NCBI RefSeq assembly: GCF_006345805.1
Contig: NW_021833026.1
Coordinates: 1-64,000, forward strand
Reading direction: 5' to 3'
From: Octopus sinensis
Lineage: Eukaryota
Length of the DNA: 64,000 nt
This document shows positions 27,432-39,764 of this stretch, piece by piece; position 1 is the stretch's first letter; each line of letters begins with the position of its first letter. Made by a program: the position numbers and the translations under genes. The notes under the pieces are model-generated. The model ran no database searches and was not told where the DNA came from. It was given only the letters and a program-made list of their open reading frames with translations.

Positions 27432-28423
27432 ATGGGGAAAAAGAAGAGAACTGTTAAATCAAAAAAGAACTCCCTGGTCATGCCCCCGAGGAGGTGCTTC
27501 AACAATTACCGAGTTCCCGTGTATGTGCCTCTGAACCCCCGAGATCCTCTTGGACTCGAGAACCCCGAGGCGATGGAGAGACCCGAAATCATCATCAAGA
27601 AAATATATCGTCCTCGTAGGAGGTCCAAGTCGACTTCGAAAACGGCACGGAGACAAAACCTGGCGACCAACCCGGGGAAATATCCATTCGGGAATTGCCC
27701 TTATTTTTACGCGAATCGGAATCCCCTGGGAGACAATCGAGTGAGGGTGATGGAACGGGCGTGGTTTGAGGGCAAGTCAGTGCTGGACGTGGGATGCAAT
27801 ATCGGGTCACTCACGCTCGCCGTGGCACTCCAGTTCCAGCCCCGGAGGATTACGGGTATCGACATTGACCCCACCCTCATCTCCTCTGCCTGGCGGAACA
27901 TTAAGAACTACAAAACTGGTATTCCAGTGTATCCACGTGTAGATGACAAGCCCGATATGGTCAACACGTTCTTCCCCGTCAATGTTGAGTTTCGTTGGGA
28001 GAATTACGCGGACGAGGCAGCGGAGGTGATTCCCGAGAAGTACGACCTCATTCTGGCCCTCAGTGTGATCAAGTGGATTCATCTCGCCTTCGGGGACGAC
28101 GCTCTCAAACGCTGCTTTAAGCGGTTCTTCACTGAACTGAAACCCTCGGGCTTGCTGTTGCTGGAATATCAATCCTTGCATTTCTACCAAAGGAGAAAAA
28201 ACTGTTCTGTACTGCCCGTCTTTTACGTTGTAGACCCAAACTCGGTTCAACTTTGACAATATGAACTTCCGGCCTATCGCCTTCGAGGACTATTTGAGTT
28301 GTGTCGTGGGGTTCCGGTGGTATAAAACGTTGCATCCGCGGAGACATCCTCTGCGTGGTATCATGTCCAAGACTCCATTGATTAGGGTTTCGACGGAGGT
28401 TCGTTGTTCTACAAAAACCTTGA
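27432..28423 (+). CDS. MEPCE: 7SK/U6 methylphosphate capping enzyme (Bin3/MePCE family)
   Basis: YPFGN; KSVLDVGCNIGSLT (SAM motif I); GIDID; YDLILALSVIKWIHLAFGDDALKRCF; LLLEYQ. Introns of 25 and 28 nt give a C-terminus GFRRRFVVLQKP*. A possible in-frame 24-nt intron lies at 27919-27942. Confidence 0.92.
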
Positions 28424-28705
28424 CAAATGAATTATTTTGTTTGTAGTTTGTTTCTCAGTTGAGTTAGACACCACAGTCTCCCCTAACTTGTCGGTTCATC
28501 CTAGGGCCTCTGAAGCATCTTTAGATATCGCTGACAATGTGTCGACTTTGTTAAAAAGCAATTCATAATCCCGGGTAACTCATATAAGTCTCAGTTACTT
28601 ATAAGTACTTGTTTAATTAATATTAAAAATATAACTAAATGGTTTGAATAACAATAAAATTATTTAGTTGTGTTATGTAAGTTTTGTATTGTAGACAACT
28701 GTAGG

Positions 28706-29936
28706 ATGTATCGAAATCCGAGAAACCCTATGATGTACAACCCTAACAACGTAAAAGTCCTAACAAACCCAATAGCCACCCCCGAGAATCCGCCCCCAAT
28801 ACATGCGACCGCCAATTCGAAAAATGAGTGACCCAGGCGGTATTACGTCGTTCTCTTATGTAATATAGAAATAGCAGCAGCCGAGGCAGCCAAGGAGAGC
28901 ATATACCAAGATAGGATGAGTCAGATTAAGGCCGGAATACCCCCCCAAGGAATAGAAAACAGAATTTTCTACGATAAAGACATTTATGGGGATGGTCTCT
29001 AGTCTAATTCATTCTCAGAAGAGGAAGAGGAGGATAAGACCCAGAAGACTCTGAGTAGATTCAGACTGAATAACAAGCTCATGGAGGCTGTCCTGGGTGA
29101 ATCACCCTCCGAGGTGACCAACATTTCCAAGAAAGAGGACGATTTAGTCACCCGCGAACAAGTGGAACAATATATTGTTAATCTTTATTAATTAATGCAT
29201 GTAGGCGGAGGAGGAGATTAAGATAAAGGAAATGGAAGTAAAACACAAAGAAACTTTGAGTAGGTGGAAGCGCGAATTTGAGGAGAAAAAACAAATGTTT
29301 GAAGATGTATTGTATATATAAAATAAATACAGGTTAATCTTGCAATGCCGCCTCTATCCAATCGAACATGTTTGCAAGTGGAAGATGCTCACGGACAGCA
29401 TGTGAAGGTGGATTATTCTGGAATGTTATAGAATATAGGAGGTCAAGATGGACCCTTCTGAGTATGAGGAACGTCCCGGAATACGATATGCTGTACTCAC
29501 TCCAAAACGACCCCGATTCCGCATTCCGGATAGTTTTGAAGGTCGCAGACAGGAGGGAGATACTATTGGAGATCTCCCACGATGCCCAGATGTCAGCCAG
29601 TGGGTTCCGCGTCCTGTCTTACCTCCTTATCAACACATTCCTGTTCGGAGTCGGTTTCATGTAGACCCGATGAGTATGCGTCCTCAGTGGAATCCCCATT
29701 TGGGAAGGCCCCTTCCAGATCAGATGTACTATCAGATGGGATTCCCCCGAGGCCCCTATGGCATTCCACCTCAGGGAGGGTATCAAGGGATGCCAAACTT
29801 CCCAATGTATCAGAGGCCTCCTCCTGAGTGGGCTGTGCCTCCTCAGGGACATTCTCAGTTCAACGAAAGGATGAGGCCGCCTTCGCGGGATTCTTCTGAT
29901 GCTGCTCATCCGTCCTACACTCAATCTAATTTTTAA
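28706..29936 (+). CDS. SMARCE1/BAF57-like protein apparently lacking most of the HMG box; Pro/Gln/Met-rich tail
   Basis: Spliced frame with 6 introns of 24-31 nt: AEAAKESIYQDRMSQIKAGIP...SRFRLNNKLMEAVLGES...REQVEQ...EMEVKHKE. By eye this aligns with the recalled BAF57 segment [21 protein letters not shown]...RFQRNHRLISEILSES...RQVQ...IEERHQE. Confidence 0.5.
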
Positions 29937-30143
29937 TTTTTATATCTTTTGTTCGCCTTAAATTTGTCCGAGTGTTAAATATTGTTTGATGGTCCCACTC
30001 GATTTACCAAATTTCTGATTTAGTTCATGTGTTTGTCAATCCTGGTATTCGCAACTTTAGTTTTCCCTTTGAGTAAATTTCAAAAACGGGTTTTATTAAT
30101 TAAATTTATTTTAAATTATCTAGTCGTGGTAATACTCTTTTCC

Positions 30144-30792
30144 ATGTCTCGAGGAACACAAGAAAATGAGATTTTAAAGAAGAATATTCAGGCGCAGTGG
30201 GAAAGACTTCTCCAAGATTTGAACGAAGTAGAAGAAAGCAGGTTGTTCATTTCTCCCAAGTCACAGATCCGAACTGGAGGAAGAGGAGTACAAATCCATG
30301 CGAGCTGACATAAGGGAGCAATTAGAGGAGTTCGGCAAATATTTGCACAACTACTCGGAGGGGGACTTGACTTTGATCAGCAGTTGTGACGCCCTCAAAC
30401 TGGTGGAGACGATTGTTACATGTCCAGTCAGTCCAGGCTGCCATTAGCGACGCCTTCCACACACCTCAAGTGTTGCGGATGTTTGCAAATAAGGAGACCG
30501 CCCACTTGCAATTAAAGTTGGAAGAGGTTTGACGACTTTTTGATTCGTAAGGTCAAGAGGGATGCCAAAATTGGACAAATGGACCCCGATAAAGCAAATA
30601 GACAGATTGTCGAAATTCTGACAGCACTAAAGCACCTGAACCAAAATATTTCCTCGGAAGATGAGTTATTTTTGCAGGATCATTCGGATGATGCATTGAA
30701 AAAGTTCACGAGTGTCTCACAAAATGGTGGTTTGTTGTTTTACTAGTTAAGTCTCTGCTGACAAAATTATGCCTCCCCCTCATTCACTTTAA
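30144..30792 (+). CDS. LZIC: Leucine zipper and ICAT-domain protein LZIC
   Basis: MSRGTQENEILKKNIQAQWERLL...EEEY...EQLEEF...QAAISDAFHTPQVLRMFA...VEILTALKHL...EDELFL...ADKI. Four introns of 25 nt. Confidence 0.92.
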
Positions 30793-30937
30793 TCCTAAAA
30801 TAGTTATTATATTAAACAAAGAATTGTTTGTCTTATAAAATTTGGTTATTTGAGACTACTCTTCCGGCTTAAAATGGGTGAGACAGGTTCCGTTTTCTCC
30901 TAGTAACGTGGAGGCTTTCCTTTGCAAGAGAAAACTA

Positions 30938-31881
30938 CAATAAAACCTTTGGTGCTCGCCATTTTCGGGACCGAAGAAAAAATGGCGAGCAATGGAAATA
31001 ATCAATAAATTTTTTGACTTTGAAATTTTGAAAACATCTCGGTTTTCGATACTTTCCTTTCATAAGTGAGCCTTCCAAGTCATATTTGAGCAAAGAAACA
31101 AAGAGAATCGAAAGAAATTAAAAGGAAAAAATTAACTAAAAAAATCTTTAATAGTTTTTTTTAATTCAGCCATATTTCTAATAACGGTGTCGATTAGTTC
31201 CAACGAATTTATATCAAAATTTTCATTCTGATAAAAGAATGACTTTATTCTTTTCAACATTTTCAAAGCCTCTTCTGAATTCACATGAGATTCGTAATGA
31301 TGAGTATCTTTATCGTCATATTTTTGTGGGAAAGAATCTCCAGCAATATTAAGGTAATCTTCAATTTCATCTATTTCGGTAAATTCATGATTAATAAAAT
31401 CATCTTTATCCACCGGGTCCAATATTTTCAAGATATTTACCATTTCATCATAATTATCAATTTCAACAGTTGGTCTTTCGAGTTGATTTTCACATTCGAT
31501 CCATTTTGAATGTCCGAAACAATTTGTACTTGTTTTGTCGTTACTTTTTTCCAGGCAAAATATGTAAAAAAAAGACCGTCTTTTAAAGTTAATTTTGTAT
31601 GAGACTTTTGTTCTCCTCCATGTACGCAATAATGCGACGTTTTTCATTAAAAGACAATCTTGTGCTCTTACGCATGTTGAATTTAGCATGGTTGAAATAT
31701 TTTATATAAAAAATAGTTTAACCAAAAAAAATATTATTAAAAATTAATGGCGAGATTTAGAAAATGGCGAGCAATAGAATATTTATCAAAATTTACTAGA
31801 AATTTTTAATTTTTTGGAAAATATGTGGCAAGCAATAGAGGTGGCGAGTAACAGAGGTGGCGAGCACCAGAGGTTTTACTG
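30938..31881 (-). mobile_element. pogo/Tigger internal-deletion derivative
   Basis: TA|CAATAAAACCTTTGGTGCTCGCCA ... TGGCGAGCACCAGAGGTTTTACTG|TA. Retains the HTH start (RKSTRLSFNEKRRII) and a Tigger-like C-terminus (SEEALKML...KKTIKDFF). No DDE core. Confidence 0.88.
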
Positions 31882-32642
31882 TATGTCAATCGTTTACATT
31901 GCAGCAACCAAATAATCCATATTATTCAGGTATACAAATTATCTACAATTCAGATAACCTGTAAAGTTAACAGTTTAGGACAGTACCTATTTAATACATT
32001 AGGGAGCTGTCCGAGTGTTTAATGTGTTGGTTACTGAATAAGATAGCAATCGTTGCTTTAATCGACAATTGGAAATTTATCTGATTGACAGGTAATTGAA
32101 AAATAAATATGAAACAATGCCTTCAGGGACAATGCCATTCACACGTTTTTTGCAATAAATCGTTTATAAATAAAAAAAAAATATGAAACAGTTTATTGTG
32201 AAAAATGAATGTTACGTTTTGACCAAAGTCTTTCCAATAATTCGTCCGTTTCATTTTCTTCGCGAATGAATCCAAACCAAATAAAAAGAGTTATTACGCA
32301 GAATTTGAAAACATATTTCTCGTAGGAGGGTCTTGTGAAATTGACCTGCTTCTTGAGGCTTTGCATTTCTTTTTCAGCGAATTCCCTTGGACTAAATCTG
32401 GCGACCTTTTCTGAATTGTTTTTAGAACAGTATTCTCTACAAATCGCACTCTTCCAATGTCGAGAAATGAAGCATTTAAGAATCATAATATAGCACCACA
32501 AAAAATATTGGTATAAAATATTTTATATATTAAGATTAATCTGGGATACTATTTAATGGAATTCGATATAAGAATTTTGATTCGATATAAGGACTTGTTT
32601 TTTGTGCTGTCTCACATTAGTCAATGATTGATGAATAGTGTA

Positions 32643-34067
32643 GTCACTTCAAACACCTGGGACCCCGGGCACGGACCGTACTATCAAGACTATATAACGA
32701 CTCCATCAACTTACGTACGATACCTAATATATGGAAAAACTCCCTAATTACGCCAATCCTAAAGCCTGGGAAACCAAAGGATGCCCCCTCTTCATACCGC
32801 CCAATCTCAATAACTTGTATCTTATCGAAAGTACTGGAAAAGCTCGTATTAATGCGAATCTCTCCTGTCCTACAACTGCCAGAATTCCAGCACGGTTTTA
32901 GACCAGACCGTTCCACAACGACCCACTTGTGTTCTGTCTCCCAGTTTATCACTGAGGGTTTTAACATGGGAACACACCTACGGACGGCCTTAGTATCTAT
33001 TGATATACAAAAGGCTTTTGATTCTGTCCCGAGGAAACTCCTAACGCGGAAGATATTTGATTCGAACTTACATCCGAACATCAAACTGTGGTTGGAAAAT
33101 TTCTTAACTGGCCGACGCGGAAGGGTCCGTATCGACAATACTACTTCAAAATCAAGACTACTGCCCAATGGTGTCCCACAAGGCTCCCCTTTATCTCCTC
33201 TCCTTTTTAACCTATTTCTACATGACCTACCCACTACTAATGACCCAGACATAATGTTCTTATCCTATGCGGACGACCTGTTTATCGCTGCAAGAGATAA
33301 ATCTCCTTCTGTGGCTGTCGCAATGGTCCAGTCACACCTCAACCGTGTATGTGATTGGCTATCTGCAAACATGTTGTGTGTGTCTGCATCCAAATCCCAA
33401 TTCACCCTCTTTACTACTGACAGAAGATTCAAGAATGGGCTGGAACTATTCATTGGAGACAAACCTATTCCCTCTTCGCGTACCCAGAAGATCCTTGGCG
33501 TGGTTTTCGACTCCTTAATGACGTTCTCAAGTCACGTAGAGGAGGCCCTAGCTAAAGGTCTGCGGAAGTGGAACGTCTTGAAAGCTCTGTTAAAGAAGAG
33601 TCCCTTCCCCCTGGAAGATTGTGTCAGCAAAGTCTACCAACAAGTGATTGCCCCGACGGTTGAGTATGCCTGCTCAGCCTGGAGGTTTGCTATTGCTTGT
33701 TCGAAAGCGGAACGTTTGAACTCACTCAGAAGGAAGATTATGCTCCACACTGACACCTCAGTTGGCAGTCTTGCTTCCGAGGAGGCGACGCAGAAGAATG
33801 GACAGGGTTTCCTACGTTTCTGCAAGGAACTGGGAAACCCACTCAAGGAAAAGGTGGCACATGCAGAGGAATTTCGGTCGGTTATAAAGAAATGCACTCC
33901 AATTGAGTTCCTCTGCAGAAGGAAGAGAAGGCTTTTCCGGATTACGGTCGGGTCATCAGAAGATCATGTAAGGAAAGTACGGCTGTGGTTGGAGGCAGGG
34001 ATCACCTAATTAGTTAGTTCTGACCTATCTTTCTCGGTGATCTTGGAGTTAATAAATAAATAAATAA
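32643..34067 (+). mobile_element. 5'-truncated LINE (jockey/I/CR1-group RT, clade unassigned) with an intact frame and (TAAA)n tail
   Basis: Open from 32643: YRPISIT, QHGFRP, IDIQKAFD, GVPQGSPLSPLLF, YADD, ILGVVFD, VEYACSAW, ending LEAGIT*. 12-bp TSD ATGAATAGTGTA at 32631-32642 and 34068-34079. Confidence 0.93.
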
Positions 34068-34243
34068 ATGAATAGTGTAAAAATTTTCGAATACATTGGA
34101 AATTTACAACAATTAAGTTCATCTTCGACAAAGATGCTTCACTATTTTAATCTGAATATAAATAAGATAAAAACTAGATTTTTTACGATTCGCAGTTTTA
34201 TTTCCTGAGATCTTACTAAACTTTTTGAGAGGGGTCTTATTGA

Positions 34244-34400
34244 TTGGCGAAATGCGGAAGTATGCTTTACCATGATTACACATGGAGACATAACGAGGTG
34301 GTGAGGTCCCTCTATCTTCTGCTCTGTAATAAGTATGACTTGAGGCGGAGCCTGAGAAAAAGAGAAAGAAGGGATGAGGTACGTGGAGTGCCACCCCTTA
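34244..34400 (+). mobile_element. R4/Dong-like fragment (region after the zinc knuckle)
   Basis: CGSMLYHDYTWRHNEVVRSLYLLLCNKY resembles the C..DY..RHN motif. Confidence 0.55.
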
Positions 34401-34454
34401 TTTACTTCAAAAGTTCAGGACTTAGTCAATTAATTAGTTTCCAGTGTTCAGAAT

Positions 34455-34655
34455 GAAGAGTCGAAGAGAACAAAGTGTGCGTGCATTTCGGACGCTCCCG
34501 AGATTGTCCACCTCGCTTTAGAAACTTCTGAAATGGTCGCCAAGGCTCCGACTAAGCTTCTCTCTGACATTGATTGGAAAATTCCGACAAAAACTAACGA
34601 CCAGAGAAAGACTAGCTGGCTTTTACAGCGAATTTCGGTCGCTGTGCTCCGCTAA
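34455..34655 (+). mobile_element. Degenerate CRE RLE 3' fragment
   Basis: Direct nucleotide similarity to ~880-1075 (ATTTCGGACGCT...GAAACTTCTG...AGCTGGC...CAGCGAATTTCGGTCGCTGTGCTCCGC). Confidence 0.85.
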
Positions 34656-35482
34656 ACACCCAATCAATACACTGCACTTCCTTAGGTTCTAGAGTCTAGA
34701 GTATTTTTTTGACCACGACTTGACAACTTTTACTTTGAATATTTTTGAATATTTATTTTTGTTCACCAAAGATTGGGTTTTTGGTTTCACAAGTACTTGG
34801 ACTCAAATTTTTGTGTGCTTAGGTCTGAAGAGGGCTGAATCTATCTTAGAAATGCCAAACTGTGTATTGATTCTTCTCTACTAATCAGTTCCCCTATTCT
34901 TAGAATTGCGAAAGTTTCGAGAAGCAAGTAGTTGTCTGCATGGGTAAAGATGCCACATTGGGTGAGAAAGTCTGCCAAAAATGTCTATATAAATTGTAAC
35001 AATTTCGTAGAAAGCTTATGATATTTTAGAAAGAAACTTTTAGTAGATCTGATGTGTTCACACTATCAAAAAAGAACATATTTGAGAAGGGAGTATCACT
35101 AAGAGAAGAAACGAAAATGGAAAGTGTGTTTCTTGTGTAGGAAAAAAAGCATAACCGAACCTCGAAAAATATTCATTCTTCCTGATAGAATCTTCCACCA
35201 CTTCAAATTATTGACGTCATTGGAACTAAACTAGACAGAATACGATTTTTATGATTGATAGTGCAGTAAAGAGCTGATTTTGTATTTTCATGAAAAAGGA
35301 AATAATTTTTAGAAATGACTAACTTTTTAAATAAGTAGCCAAACCAAAGGATCAAAGATTAAAATGTCTCCGTTTTCAACACACCATTGAATTGGGGTTT
35401 TCTTTTATAAAAGCAAGTGCTTAGTTAAAAATGAAAAGAATATATAATGAACTTAATTTATTAGCATATCAATCACGCCATC

Positions 35483-38400
35483 TTAGTCTTATTCAAGTAT
35501 TCTCAGGGGTTATGCAACAACAATTCAAGTACTCTCTGATCCCATCAACATGATCACTGTATATTTGTTTGAGTATCTCATCCCTCTTTTTCTCCAACAA
35601 TATTTTGATCTACTCCTTTACTCAGTACATAATCAACCGAACTGAATTCATCATCAATCTCTCTTTTCACCAATTGACATTGTTTATCTATGTTGTCTGA
35701 GTAATGTTTGCAAGCTGTCTTTAACTCCTTTATTTTATCAACACATATGTGAGTCTGTTTTTCCTGGCATTCCACTCTGACCCTACCTCGAGTCAACTGG
35801 TTATTTCCAACCTGTGGTTCATTCCTCCTTTTTGAGATGTGTTTAAAAGTTTTATTGCTTCCGAAGCATACTTGTCAAAGACAGTTCGATAGTCTGTGAC
35901 AATAGTGGAACACAAATCGTGAATCGCCTTCACTTGTCTATTCTTCCAGGACAATAACTTTTTTTCTTTCATTAAATGTAGTTCGGAGTAGAGAGAGATA
36001 GCTAAACTGCATTCGGATATCTGATTGTAGTTTTTTAGAATGGTATGTGCATTTCCCATGACTATAAGAGGCTATATAAAGTGACACTAATGAGAGATTT
36101 ACCATCAAGTTGTTGGAGACTTGTCGACTAAGTTTGATGGAATAATCCACGTCCATTCCTCTGCTACTCCCCTCGATTCTACTGCTCAATGCTAGCAAAT
36201 GTTGCATGTTCAAATAATTCATGTTTAGTGGCGGTGGAATGACCATATCAAGAACTGGGAATTTTGCAGAAAGCTGGAATGTCCCAATTGAATAAAACTT
36301 TATCTTTCAAAAACTCCAATGGACGAGAAATTCTAGATTGGTCTAACATGTTTTGATATTTGTCCTGAAATAGTTTGGCCGATATTGCTTGAGACTGTCT
36401 ATTGACGTTATTTTTTATCACTTTGTAATTGCTTGCACGTTTCGTTTCTATTTGAGACAAAATTCGAAGATCTAGTTCTTTAATGTCTTGATCTGCTGTA
36501 ATATCTTTCATTGTAATTTCGCCGAGAAGTGAGTCCTCTACAAATTGAAGTTTAAGATGTGCCTTTAAGTCTCGAAATAAACTTTTCCACAGGATTATAG
36601 TCGAATTTGTTCAAATGATCACCTAAATAAAAAATAGTCCAATACTTAATAGTGAGGATATAGAATCTCTTGATGTCTTCTACAAACAGTAAAAAAAGTT
36701 GATGACTACTTTCCGGTCTAATTCAGGTGGATAATTTTTTATCGATTTTTCGGAATTTTGGATGCCACAACCATTCACGTAGACAAACAACCACGTGGAG
36801 CCTTCGTTTTGTCCGAAAGGGTTTTTGAGAGGAAGAAAGTGATAACCTTTGAATAAAGGGCGCTAACAAAACCTCGGACTAAAGCCATGACTGGAAGTAT
36901 GTTTTGACCGTAAATGTTGTATTTCTGATCATAGACAACGAACCTTATAAATGCGAGTTCAGGATGGACAATCTGGAATATTCCAAGTCATTAGATACTC
37001 GAGGAATCCACACTTGCTCGTCGAACAGAATGTGATTCCCCCGTCCCGTCACAAACTGCTTACCGTTTAAATCTTGGCGGGAAAGTCCTAGAATGGAGAC
37101 CTGCCAAGATGCCGTGTATTTGCTTGTGGACATTAGATTAACGGATATGATCTGAATCTAAATAATGAGAATACTTTAATTGTCAGTGAATAAGGAGTCG
37201 GAGGAGCGTGCCCTTCTAGTCGGAGATGTTTAGGTTTGAGAACATATCCACAACGATTGTTGAACTCGAACTTAGCAGTGTTTACTTGCATTGGGATATC
37301 TACGAAAATTAGAAATACGCTTAACCGAGTGTTTGGAAATTGAGAGCTACCATTTGGCAACCAACGTTCCAAAAGATCTAAAAATATGACCAAACCACAT
37401 CGAAACCTGTGGATCGTAGTTGGAAGAGTTGACTCGAGTGCTCTTTGGATAAATTCTGCTGATTTGTCGTTGGTTGTACCTGCAAGTTAGTCACTTTCTA
37501 CTTTATGAAATCAAGGGGATTTGTTTTTATGTGATTTCGTGCTTTTGTCTCGTTCATCGAAAACATTTTATAAAATCTTTTTGATTCTAAAAGTGAGTCT
37601 TCTTAACTACTCATTGCTTCCTTAAACCCGGTGAATCGGAATGGCTCAACATAATTTACAAGTTTTGACAACTCAAGTCCCGCATTTACTTCATTTTTCG
37701 TTGTGTCCTTTCAATGTGAATACTGACTTACCTCGTATTCACTGCTCTCAGAACTGATCGAGTAGACGTCCTCATATTTTCCGTTGTCTACATCACTTTC
37801 TGAGTTCACATCGACGATAGTATCCACTTTATCCTGTGTTTCCACCATTTTTTTATTTTTTATCAGAATTTTTCCTTTCAGTCGTTCGGGGGAAGGTAGT
37901 AACACTCCATTATTCAACTACAGTCACAACAGTAATTACTGGAATGTCGTCAAAAGGATCCACCAATAACATATCCCCCAAAATAGATCGACAGTATTCG
38001 GCCATCTTTTTTTGTTGCTTTGAACTTGGGATATCACTGGTAATGTACCTGCAGTGGTTTTCGAATGACAAAATAACAGGATACGGACTGGTCTTAAAAG
38101 CTGTTCCTTTGATTACAACGAGCACATCCTACAGTAGAGAAAAGAGGGACCTTAAAAAGTACTCCTGTGCACATTGTGTGTCCGTGAGTGATTATTGGGT
38201 CCCCGTCAGTTCCATTCCAGCAGTCCAACTCAATACATCGACACCCACTCATTAAAATATATCGGTAAACTTCTATTGAAGACTTGCCCGTCAATTGATG
38301 CCCTACTCCTCACAAGATCGTACCTCACCGGTCAAATAAGTGTTATGTGAAGAATTGATGTAATACTCGCTAAGGGGACGAGTCATGTCACATCGTTCTC

Positions 38401-39385
38401 CACAGTTGACCGCAGTCATCATTCCGTTTTCTTCGGAAATCAAGTAATGGAAAAGACCCAGTTTTGATATTTTGTCTTAAATATTTCGACTAAACAAACT
38501 TTCGTTTATTAGTTGTTCGTCCAATTCATATTTTTTAATTATTTTTAGCACTTTTTTACAATTGACTGCATCCTGACTGGCATTGAACAAATCTACTAAT
38601 TCGTCCACTGTCATAAAGTCACCCCCAATTCTCCTACTACTGATTATGCCAAACTAACAAAGCACTAAAAATATAATTCATTGGTTGTATTCCGTAGATC
38701 AGGTATACTATTCTTAGAATCGTCTCGTAACTCAATTCCGTAATTATAGCATTCTGCTGGCTGAAATATACAGCAAACTCGTTTGACTGGAATGTCTAAA
38801 TGCTGCAGGGTCGACCTCGAATATTTTTTGGACAGGTTGAGAGAATCTCGTAAACTACTCAATTATCTTGAGAAATTTACTCTTTTGCAGTTAGTTTCCC
38901 AGATTTCATGCGAATTTTCATTTGTGTGTGTAGTCGTTCTATCCCCTTCCCTATCGAATAATTCCGAGTTGAAGGTCTTTTGAATAGTTCGGTGAGTGCC
39001 GCATTTAAGCTCTATAATTTCAAATTTCAACCCAACTTTGGCTGCTTCGAGAGTAGGAAATCCGAAATCAAGTTGACACACACTGACAAAGTCTCCTCCG
39101 CATGTTATTGTCAGTAAATTTAGTTGCATCGATAATTTATGGTCGTATACAGTGTATACCTGCAAATCAAATAAAAGAGGTACTTCTAAATCGACGACTG
39201 AAGTGATGTTCAAATATAATATTTCACTCTTTACTTTAGAAAGGACTAAAACCATATTCTTGTCGAGCCTCCAATAAATGAAATACCCGTTTTCGTCAAT
39301 TTTGAGGTAACAAGAACTTGCTGTCCCTTTCTAGACATTGATCAAACTAGTTTAACCTCGAGGTAGTAAGTACATCGATATCCAT
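35483..39385 (-). CDS. PLCB: Phospholipase C beta (PH, EF, X, Y, C2, C-terminal coiled coil); start uncertain
   Basis: [12 protein letters not shown]; SSHNTYL; [12 protein letters not shown]...ITHGHTMCT; [11 protein letters not shown]; [17 protein letters not shown]; [12 protein letters not shown]...[23 protein letters not shown]; GYVLKP. Many tiny introns. Confidence 0.93.
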
Positions 39386-39764
39386 TTTTACCAATCATTC
39401 ACAACGATCAAAACACTTTTGTTTAATCAACAGGAAATATTTTTATTCTTAAATATTGGTTCAGTCTATTTGGTCAGGGATAGGATATATTTATACCACA
39501 ATCATTGAATTATAATGACACTAAGTCGATGGAAAATAGATTACCCCACTTTCTCTAGTCGATTGGCAGAACTTCGAGAAAGTTTCTTGGGTTGATGTCG
39601 ACTAAGAACAAAGAGGATCGTGAGTGATCTTATTCTGCCTCCTGGCAAGATGAGACTTCGATTTTCAAAACTCCGGGGAAATAAAAATATTAAATAATAA
39701 AATGAAAAATTAATTTGTAGCAAAAGCCAAATATTAAATTAATAGAGTTGCTAAGTAATCAAAA

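Larger units (their letters stand above)
32193..35300 (-). other. Possible unidentified multi-exon gene whose pieces (about 32190-32500 and 34700-35300) flank TE insertions
   Basis: Open stretches and candidate tiny introns on the minus strand; no recognisable domain. Confidence 0.25.

Noticed and set aside
32193-32501. NEMP/TMEM194 assignment
   Set aside because: The similarity is too weak to support a name.
32644-33897. Long antisense ORFs over LINEs and genes (e.g. 32644-33252, 17921-18328, 11852-12292, 14382-14858)
   Set aside because: These are shadow frames of real coding sequence on the opposite strand.
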